Positions 12,780 through 25,229 of a stretch of DNA of 64,000 bases are shown one piece after another. The translations under genes and the position numbers were made by a program. Origin of the DNA: Eledone cirrhosa (Eukaryota); assembly GCA_964016885.1 (NCBI GenBank), contig OZ024743.1, forward strand, positions 155,930,001 through 155,994,000, given 5' to 3'. The notes below the pieces were generated by a model. That model was not told the origin of the DNA. It did no database searches and saw only the letters and a program-made list of their open reading frames with translations. Position 1 is the first letter of the stretch. Every line of letters begins with the position of its first letter.

Positions 12780-14700
12780 AGAAATTCGTTTGTAGAGACA
12801 CAATTTGAAATAGTTGAGCCGTGTATTCATGCATATTCCTTTGAAGATAGTATTGAGAGTATATTCCGGTTTCCTGGTGATTTAGGATATTATCATTACG
12901 GTGCAAGATTAGAATTTTTTTATTTTATTCGCTGCTAAATATTTGCCGTTATTTATGACCTACAGAGAAGTGTGAATCCAAGAGGGTTAGGAATATATTA
13001 CCTACCGTAGTCTTAATGTTGGACGGGAATGGTCGCGTGACAAACATTGTCTAGACATAGGGGTGGTTTTCTGGAGAATATGAGATTTCCTCGGAGAAGG
13101 TGCTGTTGCTTAGGGTTGTGTGGTAATAGGTTGCACACTGTCAAAAATAGGTTTCCTGAAAGAGATGTTAGTAAATACTTGCTTATATTATTAAAAACTA
13201 TAGTATGTGGCGAGAGTTCTTATGAATATACATAGGTATTTCACTGGGTTTGTGGAAAGGTCCTTATGTGCGTGCACATAAGTCTAATTTAATTGTTTCT
13301 ACTTTAGGCACAAGGCCAGCAATTACCCAGTGCATTACTGGTACTTTATATTATCGACCCCGTAAGGTTGAAAGGCAAAGTCAACCTCGGCGGGATTTGA
13401 ACTCAGATCGTATAGGGACGTAACTATGCTGGAAAGCATGGCGTTCGACCCTATACCGATACTGCCTATCCACCGCCTGTCTAATTTAATACCTAGGAAT
13501 TTAACACTGGTGATGTTGGTAGTTATTGTAATGTGTCAGTCCTAAATAGTTGAAGTTGGTTATCAGAATCTTTCTAACTAGATTGAGGTCAAGGCCAATT
13601 TCATGGCCCGATAATGCCAAACTATCGTAATGGTATATCCCGTCTGGAAGTCAGGTAATTTCTTATATAGAGTGTCTAAGATAAAATGCCCACCAACTTG
13701 TATACATCAGCATTGTCCAAGGAATCCATCGGCACATCTAATATGTCACCGTTTTTAGTGGAAATATTTATCCAGGTGTCTTCATTATTAAAGATGAGGG
13801 CTTATCTACAGTGCGATATTAAAAAAACAGTTTAAATCATATATTGAAATGTAGTGAAATCAAGGCCTTATCAAGTAAGGTACTGGAGATGAAAGTGTAA
13901 GCATAGCATTATTTAAGTGTTTAAGGGCATTGAACGATTCTAATTACTTTATTATAATCCAATTGATTAAAGTAGGACTAATAGTTGGTCTAATAGTTGT
14001 TTTAATGATTTAAGTGTGACCTTACAAATCTTAGTTCACGTTTGATGTGGTTTAGGATATTCCAACCCAGTTTGATAATGTAGTCATTTTTTGGATCCAT
14101 AATTTTAATACAAACCTCTCTCTATGCTAAGCATTCTATCTTGGATGCTTTCAGGTTAGTAGCTCAATGATTTGCCTTATCAGTGATGGCATAGTAATTA
14201 GCAGAGCCAGTTGTTTTTATATTTTGACATTATTGTTTTCTTTAGAAGTTAGTTGTATGTAGAGTGATCAAGATCATAAATATACTTTGTTTAATCACAT
14301 AGAACGAAGGTTTTCAGAGGATCTGAAATGTTTGTATGCGTCTACTTAGTTTATTCTGACAGTGGTTGGACTGATTCCGGAAATATATGTTAGCGATTAG
14401 ATTAAGGAGATCGGCTTCAGAAGGAGCAAGGTCGTTAACCTAGGTGTGTAATTTTTAGATTTCAGTTTGAAAATATTGAACCAAATAGTTTCCTGTCAAA
14501 GGGCAGTGTCCATCATCTCACTCGTTTGACAACAATTTCAAGTTTATGAAGGAGGAGCTTTGAATAAGTCCTGTAAGATGGTATCGGTACATTTTCCAGG
14601 GAGCAATCAATCTCTCGGAGATCAACGTCAACTTTATCTTTGTGTAGGAGACTCGGATTTATATAGCACTCAACAATTTAAGGTGGGATGCTAATCGTAC
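12780..14700 (-). mobile_element. Old, heavily decayed Naiad-type PLE, interrupted by a SINE
   Basis: Minus-strand remnants: DILDVPMDSLDNADVYKLVG (~13690-13750, cf. FDVTMGS.D.A.V..LVG), DGIYHYDSL (~13620, cf. GLYRDD) and KPSEIPMYIHKNSRH (~13210-13250). Boundaries are approximate. Confidence 0.65.
13294..13478 (-). mobile_element. tRNA-derived SINE (Octopus-type family) with 12-bp target site duplication
   Basis: A-box-like GGCGGTGGATAGGCAGTATCGG and B-box GAGTTCAAATCC on the minus strand. TSD gtctaatttaat at 13282-13293 and 13479-13490. Confidence 0.85.
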
Positions 14701-15099
14701 GCATGTATAGACATCTGCTGGTGAGAATATTTATATATACAATGTGGAATGCATTTATAGTTTTCCAAAAATATACTATATATGTATGATTACTAATTAC
14801 AGCTCCTTATTAGTAAAATCACGGATAGCAAATCTATAAATTTTGAATTCAAGGATATTTTATTTGAATATTTACTGTTAACTGGCAAATATATATGGTA
14901 TGTTTGCCAAATAAAACCCAAACACTTGTCATTTAGTCCATGGTTGTTCTTCATTTCCTAGAGACGCGACATTTTAATTTATGCATGCAAATAATGTCGA
15001 TGTTCGTGATGATGTTGATATTGTATTTCTTTTTTGTGGTATTGGTGATGATGGTGGTGGTGGTGTAAATGATTTTAATGTAGTTGATGACGATGATGA

Positions 15100-17456
15100 A
15101 AATAATGGTCGAAATTCAGCATTTTGCAAGTGCAGGTAGTATTCCCACATCCCAATGCTCTTTAAAATGTAGGCTCTGCCATTAAACACTCCGTGAAACA
15201 ATGTCGGAGCGATAATCTATTTAGGAACAAGTACGGTAATATTAAAAACCTCACGGATCCCATTGAAACAAATGACTCCTCGAACTGAATCGAATCCAAC
15301 AAGAAAACGCGTGTGGGATCAGTGTAGTGGTGCAGCCCTATATAAATCCAGATTAATATCCACAATATTACAGATGCATTCAGGTTCCATCAAGGGTACA
15401 TTTGCATGTAATAGTTGAGAGTAGAAAATCTCTTCGTCATCTGTGTGGGGACACGGGTAACTTCAGAGCTCTCTGCCCTTAACAATAGAAAATGAATCAC
15501 AAGTTCTCTTGGCGGTCAACAAAAAGCAGCAGCACCAGATTCGGCAACATCAGCAAAATCAACTACAGCAGCATCAGCCACCAATACCAGAGATAATAGG
15601 AACATCAACGACATCACTAACAACAGCAACTGAAGCCCCAGCAAAAAAAAGGCAAAGGATCAAAATGACCCCCCCTCCCCCAACAAACCCACCAGATAAC
15701 ACAGAGACCAGGCCTACAACAAATACAGACACATCTACAATGACATTAAAACCACCATTTTCACAACTGTCAAAGCAAACACCGCCTAACCCAACAGCAA
15801 CATAAACGCTAACATAACAGCAATTACCCACAAAAAGAAAACACATGCAACAACAATTACATATTACACAGTTACCAAACGTCTTACTTGTGATCAGTGC
15901 TAACGAATAATTGGTGGTCCTCATAGAAACAAAGAAAAGACCTAAAATATAATGATGGTGCTCATCTCCATGAAACTTACAAAAGCTTTATGGAGAGATT
16001 CTCCCACAACGTAGTAATACCTTCAAAAGACTTTTAAAGGTATTCCCAATGGAACCCAAACGAGATAAGAAGATCGAGAAATAGGATATCGAAAGGTTCA
16101 CTGTGAAAATGTTAAAAATCATAATGACGATTTGAAGAGTAGGTTGCATGAATGTACGTGGCTTGGAAATGTCTTATTAGAAAGGTCACTTGCTCAACGA
16201 AAACCTGTTACTAGCTACTAATGCAACAGCTCTCAGTCAGCCCATTAATTTTGTCATGCATGCTCTAGTCCCCATAGTTGTCAACTTTGATGTATACGCG
16301 TCTCATTGACGGCTTAGAATGGGAGGCTGCGTGTCAGTGATATTTAGGAAGGTGCTGGATGTCGAGGATAGATGATGTACCTGAACTTGGATGGTAGCTC
16401 GGTTGTCCAGGATGTCAGCGATAGCAAAGGTGTTGCTTTTAATCTGGTAAACATTTATGCTCTGACTAAGGCAGGTCGACGAGATTTCGTCAGCCGTCTG
16501 GAAGACGTTCTAGGATCGTTTACTGTTAGAGGAGGAGTGGATAGGCTTCTTAATCACTCGCTTGAACTGTATAAGAGATGCGGATAAAAAATAGGTGAGC
16601 ATAATATTTAACAACTTGTTCAGGCACTTACCATTGTCTGACAGTCATTGACAGGATTTCCCCAATTCACCATTGGGAGCAAGGATGTTTCGCAAACGTT
16701 CGTTGAAGCCAAGGCATCACAAGATATTCTTAAACTCTGAATATGTGTTGTACCGTTTGTGAGACAGGTATTACCACAGCTCGCCTATTTGACTGAGCTG
16801 CAGTTCAAGCGAAAACCGAGAAGATGGCGTCTGGCATTTGGAAATTGTCAGACGCCCAGAGTCCAATACCAATCGTGCAATGTCATCAGTGGAAATTCCA
16901 TTCTAAATGTCGATAGAGGACAAGGCACCGGCAAGTGAGATGACACTTGGAAAGACTCTTGGTGTCGCGAAGAAGGACATACTCGATTTGTTCCAAATAT
17001 ATTTTGTCCGGGACCTAGAGACAATTTCCAGAAATCCATAGTTTGGCAGAGCTACCAGTGACACTCTCTAATATCATGGAAGTGTTGTCAGACGGGCCTA
17101 TTCCAGATGCGGACAGAGCAAAGAAACCGTTCTACAGGCACTCATCTATGGTCCAGTTATTGCTGACGTGGTGTTTGGTTGAACTGTGGCAAAACGATAC
17201 GGCTATTGACCGACCCCTTCGGCAAAATCAGTCCTCACTTTCTTTTCTCAAGGAAAAGCAGACAATTGTTCTTTGCCATGTGGCTGTGGCGAAAGTGGTT
17301 GCGTGTGGGACTCGACTGACCGCTGTTAAGTCAGATATGTTCCTTTTCGGCCAAGCCCTCAACAAAATTTTCAAGTTGCACTTGGAAAGGAACCTGATCA
17401 TGCCGAGTGTCTACGGGAGACCTGAGGTAACATTTGATAATACACACAATTTATAA
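15100..17456 (+). mobile_element. Internally deleted L1/Tx1-like LINE relic (ORF1 zinc knuckle, APE endonuclease, 3' end)
   Basis: HLCGDTGNFRALCP (decayed CCHC knuckle, ~15435) and a Q/P/T-rich ORF1 tail (15509-15805). Endonuclease remnants: VGCMNVRGL (~16140), NLVNIYA..RRDF (16372-16587) and GIWKL (~16835). Confidence 0.7.
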
Positions 17457-19897
17457 TCAATTGTCATTCAAATGATGCCACACAGTAAACAACAGTAAAT
17501 GTCTTTCCAAGGTTTTTAAAATTGATAATGCCCTTTATATATTGTGCCCAACATTTGTTTTCAATTCATGTTAGTTTTGCTATACTCATAGATGCATTTT
17601 TCAAGACGTTATTTGAAATATAAGCTTTAAATATTTTCAATTATTTTTTACTCCTTTTCATAATTACTTTTTTAATACACCGCCATAAAACAACCAATTT
17701 CTTTTAACATGTATATTGAACTCCTGTATATCAAAACTTCTTTTAGAATTTATACTTCTACTTCAAAGATAAATCAGCAGAATCTGAACTGGTGATTTTA
17801 TTGACATTTGATAATCAAGCAGGTTATGAAGCTCATATGTTAGCAATGACTATGCAGTATTATTTATTTTTTCTATTTGTATTTTATTTATTCATTTATC
17901 TATTTTCTTTTACAGATTTTGCTATTCTATTACAGATTTTGCTATTCTATTCATTGCGCTTTGGGCGCAGATATCGATATGAATAACAGAAAGCAAGAAT
18001 TATTTGATATTAAAATATGTTAAACTAGTAAAGGAATAAAAATACATATTTCAATAGTAAAAGAATTGATTTGTTGCGAGAAAATACGTGTTGTCTACAT
18101 TCTTTGCTAAAATATTGATCAATTTCTATAAATCGTAGTGCGCCATTCGAAGAATTCTTTGTTCCGTACTGATAATTCAAAGTCCATTCAATACCTGTTT
18201 CAACGCAATACCGTCGTAATTATATTAGGGCAATTAAATGTATAACGCTATTATTTCGTCTTAGGAGTATTTTTCTATATTTGAATTATGGATATATTTG
18301 TTTCTACTTTAGTTGGAAGATGGGATTTTCATTTTATATTAACACATTGTTAATAGAGATATGTTATATTCATATATTAAGCGTCACAGCATGTATTCTT
18401 AACTGAGAAAGTGATTCATGTCATTCACCTCAGTTGATATACCTAATTCATGTAATCATGTTATACTTAGACACCGGATGTACTAAATTAGACATGTACA
18501 ACACAAACCACGATAAAAATGGGCAAAGTAATGCAGCGCAAAGAATATATAATTAAGCCATTAGAAAAAGAGAACAGTGAGCGAAATGAAAGAAATTGGT
18601 ATATATTACAAAGTAGTTTATACAAAGCATTTTATTGAATTTTGAATTATTTAGATACTTTCATAAGAAATCGATAAACGTGTCTCTTGGTACACCAAAT
18701 TTAATAGTAAATAGCGTGTCACCTAACTACACCTAATACTACATCTATCTAAGAAGAAATTTCTTTTCATATTTATTCTGATTATTATGTCGCTAACATT
18801 ATTTATGTTGAAAACAGAATAATTATTTTGCCTGATTTGATTTCAACCAACCTTTAGAAAGATTCAAATATCTGGAATACGAATAGGAGCAATCGTGTAA
18901 GAGCCTTGTTGTAACAAATCATGGTGTGTTCCTGCTCAGATGCAAGTATATATCTTCAATTAGACTATGATAGTTTTCTAGGAAATGTGTTCAAAACATG
19001 TGATTTAATGTTTACAAAAACATTAGCGTCTGTGAAGTATCATGATATATTCATTTTACAAATCCACTAGGCTTCCATGTATAACAGCAATCTCTTTTTG
19101 AGTATGTATCTAAATCTAACACGGACATTTTCCAGAGTGACTTTCCTTTATCAAACTAGAAAAGTGTATTGGAAGTGTATGTTAATATTAGGCCGGAACA
19201 TATTGTTTTTGGTTTAACTCCAAATACCTGATCGGCATCATAATGTTGCATGAATAGCTTGGGCTTCTCAATGTTAGATTGCCTAATGCTCCCTACATGC
19301 AAGTGCTATTATTTACACCTTTTCCTACTTCTCAATCATACACGTCATGAATATTCCATATGCACCGCATAAGATTCTATGCTCAGTCTTCAGTTCCAAA
19401 ATCGGGACATGCAAGAGTTGATTGGAATAGATTAAACACAACACATGTATCGATTTCACAAGGTTTGGAGGAGATGTGAAGACGATTCTTCCACTAGAGC
19501 TGCCATGTAAAAAAAAAGTAGGCATAAGCAACCGGTGGTTACATCAGGAATATGTGAAACAGTGACAATTCTTTAATCATATCTTATCTGAAGAGTGCGT
19601 GGTGCAAAATGTGTGACGGGAATGACTGTATCATGACGAAAATATATTATGTTCAATCCTAAAAGCTGCTGAAGTTGTGATAAACAACTACGTGTCGCGT
19701 GTGATTATAAGTACGCTTGAAATAAAAAGCAGAAAGATCTGTATAGAATACACTTGGCATTTATAGTATATGCAATATTTTTGACCGATACGTTACGTAG
19801 CATCAACCTCCACCATGAAATCGGAATTTGTACTAAAGTAATACAATAGATAAAATACATAAACACACACACTTATATATACATATATATATGTGTG

Positions 19898-19949
<52 letters not shown>

Positions 19950-20030
19950 TATTAAGGTACAAATTAATTGTATCCATAGGCGGTATGCGGAATGAGCACT
20001 GGATCTCTTGGGAAGCAGAGTACCAATAGT

Positions 20031-20283
20031 ATTAATATATAAGGGAACAAAGAATCAGTGATGCATCATATACATATTTAAGTACACATTACATATGTTT
20101 CCTTCTCGATCAACTCTAGTCTACATGCTAAAACATAGTTGAGAAGCTTCCGATTCCAGAGTCAAGTTCGATTAATGATGGATAGTTCCTCGAGTTGATC
20201 GACAGTGAGACGTATGTAATATGTACTTAAATATGTATATGATGCATCACTGATTCTTATTCTTTGTTCCCTTATATATTAAT
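20031..20283. repeat. Fold-back cassette (arms ~20031-20116 and ~20192-20283) between TA tracts; a third arm copy at ~21895-21972
   Basis: aagggaacaaagaatcagtgatgcatc... and its reverse complement. Confidence 0.85.
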
Positions 20284-20327
20284 GCTGATACTTTCTTCCC
20301 TTATATATATATATATAGTTATATATA

Positions 20328-20555
20328 TGAGAGTGTTGAAGTTTGCTTGAAGCATTGTGGAATAATAAGGTCTATTTCTTTAGGCCGTTTTGGCAGCCTC
20401 AACAATGCAGATGGGTAAATCTCCGGGTAACAAGAGCCGGTGGTGGAGAGAGAGAGAGAGGTAAGTGAATGTAGGTTGAGATGTGTAGCGTGTAGAAGAA
20501 TGTAGGAAAGAGCGTAAAGGATAAACATTATTACACGAGATAGAGTTACATTGAG
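20328..20555 (-). mobile_element. Solo fragment of the Penelope pLTR/ORF start found at 30277-30490 and 33567-33740
   Basis: Shared sequence caatgcagatgggtaaatctccgggtaacaaga.ccggtggtggagaga. Confidence 0.85.
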
Positions 20556-20589
20556 AAATGAAATTTCGTTTCATTTTATTCCATTTATC

Positions 20590-20870
20590 GTATTCGGTGT
20601 ACCCGGCCGACTGTACTCACTCGATATGCAAATTAGGCTGCTCAGCCGTTAATATGCATAAGGAAAGTATATACTTTCAGACGTTCAACCATCTGGTAGG
20701 AAGGTATACGATGCTGACGATAGCTAATAAGTTTGAAAGTAGTACATCGTTCCAGTGTCAGTGTTGAACAAAAAGGTGACGTGGTTGCCTAAACACTGTA
20801 CGGCGTAATTCGGGCTGTTTGTTTGTTTACAAACAAACAAACCGAGCATTATAATAAATGTTCGGTAAAC
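20590..20870 (+). mobile_element. Solo pLTR of the Neptune-type PLE at 56750-58245
   Basis: Reverse-complement match to 56750-57015; contains an HHR. Confidence 0.8.
20708..20750 (+). ncRNA. Minimal type-I hammerhead ribozyme
   Basis: ACGATG CTGACGA tAGCTaataAGTTt GAAA gtag TA CATCGT: 6-bp stem I and GUA cleavage triplet. Confidence 0.75.
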
Positions 20871-20906
20871 CGATATGTGCATATATATATATGTGTGCAT
20901 GTGTGC

Positions 20907-20939
<33 letters not shown>

Positions 20940-20951
20940 AATATAATTTAC

Positions 20952-21760
20952 CGAGAATCTTATTTCGGCTTTGGAATTAGCGAAAAAAAACTTCCGAGAT
21001 GTGTGGCAAGCGCTCAATAATTCTGACGAATCAGAGTTACAACATACGTTAATGGCCAAACACACTGAGACGATGGTGAAACCGACATCCGCATAGCCAT
21101 AGAAATGACCAAGTAATTCGGGTCAAACAAATAAAAGAATATGTGATTGAAAAATTTACCCGACCCCTGGTTGGTTGGTAAAATCCAGCATTTGGGTTTC
21201 TGTGACTCCTAAATCAAGTACTATCCGCTTAGACAAATAATGTTAGGCTTCTTATAAGATCATTGAACAAGGATGTCACTTTCTCAACAGGTTTTAGTTC
21301 AAGTGCCAGGCAAAGGAATGACCGTTACCGATACCCACGTGGGGCTCGACAAGGGAGGCAACCCTTATTTTTGGCGGATGAAATTCAGTATGTGTATATT
21401 ATTTCAAAAATGCAAAATATCACAAAACGAATTATGCTCTCATCAGAAAGGTTATAAGTTAACAAAAGCTATTCATCAGTCAATAGAATCAACTAAGAAA
21501 ATCAAGAAAATTAACTGGGCAATAGCTAGATTCTGGAGATTAATACAAATATAAATAAGCGAGAATCGTATTTCGGCTTTGGAATTAACGAAAACCAACT
21601 TCCGAGATGTGTTGCAAGCGCTCAATAATTTTGACGAACCAGAGCTACAACATACGTTAAAAGGCCAAACACACTGAGACGATGGTTAAACCGTTATGCG
21701 CACAGCCATATACACGACTAAGTAATTCGGGTCAAACAAATACAAAAATATGTGATTGAA
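20952..21760 (+). repeat. Direct repeat of ~200 bp (20952-21151 and ~21560-21761)
   Basis: cgagaatc.tatttcggctttggaatta... tgtgattgaaa occurs twice. Confidence 0.85.
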
Positions 21761-21796
21761 ATATATATATATATATATATATATATAAGTAACAAT

Positions 21797-21856
<60 letters not shown>

Positions 21857-22652
21857 GAAAAAAGTATCAGTGTTGCAAAGTAGATCAGTATATATATATT
21901 AGGGAACAAAAATCAGTGATGCCTTATATACTTATTTAAGTACATATTACATACGTCTCGATGTCGATCAATAAGTCTAACAATTAACCAGTTAATATTT
22001 TTTAGATAATTCTATTGACTGATTAATTGCTTAAGTTTATTTTAAAAACTACCCGGCCGAGAGCTTAATTCGATGTCCGCTGTTTTTACACATACTGAAT
22101 TCATTTGCCAACATTTGGGGTTTTCTCCTCTCTAGAGTTACATATGTGCTTTCAAAAGACTGTGAAATTCAAAACGCTGACGCTGTACAAAATACCTGTT
22201 GCGAAAGTGATATCCTTGTTCGATCATTATATCAAAAGCTTATTTTTTTAAGCAGACAGTAGTATTGATTTAGGTGTCGCAGGAGCCCTGTACTGGATTA
22301 TCGCATTATTTCCAAGGGTCCGGGGAAATATTTCATTCAATTATTTTGTTTGACCTGGAATTCTATAAGAATCCAACATTTATAATTTTCAACAGACAAG
22401 GCGAGTGCTAAGCTCTGATGATTACCAACAGCATGAAACAGATCTGTCAGCTTATCTCCCTTCGTTTGATGAAAAAAAAAGTAAGTGAGATAGTCACTAC
22501 TTTAAAAATAATAGCGCAAAGTCTTCAAAATCCTTTTAATTAAGCATACAGTATATTGCCAAATATATATACGTTCATGTATACATCGCTATTTCAGAGC
22601 ACGAATTCTAATACATATATATTTATATACATTTATTAAAATAACGGATTAA

Positions 22653-22703
22653 AGTTTAAGCAAAGAATCGCTGCTTTCGCCCTTAACGGGATCTTCTGAA
22701 ACT
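22653..22703 (-). ncRNA. Hammerhead-like motif, CAGAAGA-core family, copy 1
   Basis: The reverse complement reads AGTTT CAGAAGA tCCCgttaaGGGc GAAA GCA gcgattctt TGC TT AAACT. Confidence 0.65.
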
Positions 22704-22736
22704 AAAAAAGTCAATATTTACAAAGGTAACAGATTT

Positions 22737-22890
22737 ATGGTAAGAGAATTGGATTCGCAATCGTAAGATTGTGATTTCGGGTGATGCGTTATGTCCTTGA
22801 GTGTCCTTGACACTTTATTTCACGTTGCTCCTTCTACCTGGAAAGACCCATGCTTTCCTCGCTCCGATTTGACGAATGTCGATCGACAGA
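22737..22890 (+). mobile_element. Decayed tRNA-derived SINE (same family as 56296-56518)
   Basis: tggtaagagaattggattcgcaatcgt... gtccttga..cactttatttcacgttgctc. Confidence 0.65.
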
Positions 22891-22894
22891 CTAT

Positions 22895-22926
<32 letters not shown>

Positions 22927-22938
22927 GTATATGTGTGA

Positions 22939-22969
<31 letters not shown>

Positions 22970-23036
22970 ATATATATAAATATATATATATGTTTGTGTG
23001 TGTGTATATATATGTATATATGTGTATATATGTGTA

Positions 23037-23133
<97 letters not shown>

Positions 23134-23255
23134 TAAGTCATGTCCTTAGCATTATTAGATAACATTTATACCATTTCTTCTCCCAATTAGCATAATTAAC
23201 CATATAAAAAATCAATTAGAGCAAGCTATAAGAATAAACACAGATTGACTTTGTT

Positions 23256-23306
23256 AGTTTCAGAAGATCCCGTTAAGGGTGAAAGCAGCGATTCTTTGCT
23301 TAAACT
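23256..23306 (+). ncRNA. Hammerhead-like motif, CAGAAGA-core family, copy 2
   Basis: AGTTT CAGAAGA tCCCgttaaGGGt GAAA GCA gcgattctt TGC TT AAACT. Confidence 0.65.
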
Positions 23307-23522
23307 TTAATCTGTTATTTAATAAATATTTGCTCTACGGTTCTTATATATTTGATATATAGTTATCGTTATCGAGCCGTCTTTGGATTTTAGTCTTCAA
23401 TATATATATATATAGAGAGAAAATTGAGGTTGGTAATGGCACATGGAATATATAAGAGACAGAATATTTTTTTGTGAAAAAACATATAAATTTATAAGGT
23501 AAGGAAATAATAAAGTGTATAA

Positions 23523-23570
23523 AAAATGACCGGTTTCGATGGGTCTGCAAAAGCCATCTTTTCAAATGTT
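23523..23570 (-). ncRNA. Hammerhead motif with U3-A8 core (UUGAAAA)
   Basis: The reverse complement reads aacAT TTGAAAA GATGG cttttgcagac CCATC GAAA CCGG TC ATttt: 5-bp stem II, palindromic stem III, weak stem I. Confidence 0.6.
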
Positions 23571-24040
23571 GATTAATATTAAGAAAAATTAATAATAAGA
23601 AGAGTTAACATTTGAGATTTGAAAATTCAAGTATAAAATTCATTGTGGAATTTCATAGTAGTTTTCATCTTGGTAGCAGTCGTTGACTGCTGTGCGCCTT
23701 TCTGGTAGTGAATGAGAAGTTATTTGGGGGTGTGGGTTATTTTATAAAGGTCAAATTTAGCAATGGCCAGATGGCCAGCTGCTGGTCAGTGAGGGGTTGG
23801 AAGCAATATACATACATATATCTTCCTGTGCTCGGTAGGAGAAGGGAGATTGATAGAAAGGGATTTAGTGCACTTACACCTATATATACACACATACCTT
23901 CATCCACACATACATACATATACATATACATACACATATATATATATATATATAGTAATAATATTAAAATTGAAGACTAAAATCCAAAGAGGGCTCGATA
24001 AGGAAAATATATATCAAATATATAAGAACCGTAGAGCAAA

Positions 24041-24226
24041 TATTTATTAAAATAACAGATTAAAGTTTAAGCAAAGAATCGCTGCTTTCACCCTTAACGG
24101 GATCTTCTGAAACTAACAAAGTCAATCTGTAAACGGTTTACAGATTGACTTTGTTAGTTTCAGAAGATCCCGTTAAGGGTGAAAGCAGCGATTCTTTGCT
24201 TAAACATTAATCTGTTATTTTAATAA

Positions 24227-24229
<3 letters not shown>
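24041..24229. repeat. Near-perfect ~190-bp palindrome with divergent HHR-like motifs (24064-24114 minus, 24156-24205 plus)
   Basis: Centred on gtaaac-g-gtttac. The arms are copies 3 and 4 of the CAGAAGA family. Confidence 0.9.
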
Positions 24230-24257
<28 letters not shown>

Positions 24258-24392
24258 CACACATACATACACACACACATACATATACATACACACATAC
24301 ACACACACATATATGCACATACACACATATATATATATATACACACACACACATATATATACATACACATACATCCAGATACACACATACAT

Positions 24393-24428
<36 letters not shown>

Positions 24429-24542
24429 GTGTACATACACATATATACACACATATACATACACATATATATACACACATCCACACATACATACACACAC
24501 ATATATATACATACACATATATATATATATACACACATACAT

Positions 24543-24616
<74 letters not shown>

Positions 24617-24656
24617 ATGTTGGTAGATATACTAATTCTTTATAATTCACCCGAAA

Positions 24657-24890
24657 TTATTTTGTTGAGCAAAAATTTGCCAAATCTGCTACTATAGTTA
24701 ATAGTAATGGCTCGGCTACTGTCTTTTTAACACCCCAGTCCTCACTGATTAACCTCGATGTCACGTGATTCATTCTTTTGAATTTGCCACAGACCAAGTA
24801 GGCAGTGATTTCTTCAATATCTTGGAATTTAGTCCACGCTTCCTTTTTTCCATCTACTGAATTAATTTTGTATAAGTTCCCTGTGTCCAC
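24657..24890 (-). pseudogene. Possible hAT transposase N-terminal (BED finger-like) relic
   Basis: KKEAWTKF...AYLVCGKF...ANFCSTK loosely resembles the BED W..F...C pattern. Weak. Confidence 0.3.
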
Positions 24891-25167
24891 GCATCGCCTG
24901 GTAACTTAGCTGAGAACGGACTTCCTGATGACGAAACGGCTTCTCCATGCTCTCCATTTGGAAACCATGTTTATTCCCTTTCAGAAACTAATTAGTTGGA
25001 GTGAAATTTTAGTAAGTAAGTTAACTTTTATAATTTTCTTATTTTACGTCTTTCATATAATTGTTCCGCATCCCCTTGCATTGAACCCCAAAGTTACTAA
25101 CGCAAAACATATATATTTGCTAGCATAGGTATGCATCTGTATATGTATGTTGGTAGATATACTAATT

Positions 25168-25229
<62 letters not shown>

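Noticed and set aside
20192-20228. HHR call for TTGATCGA..GAGAC..GTA in the 20-kb fold-back arms
   Set aside because: A stem III-like hairpin is present, but the core is non-canonical and stem II is missing.
22791-24650. Many 60-150 aa ORFs of IYIY, CVCV or THTH type (also at 36.3, 51.8, 54.9 and 59.4-62.8 kb)
   Set aside because: They are translations of TA/CA microsatellites, not genes.
24925-24937. CTGATGA-C-GAAAC hammerhead-like core
   Set aside because: There is no stem II and no convincing stem I or III.
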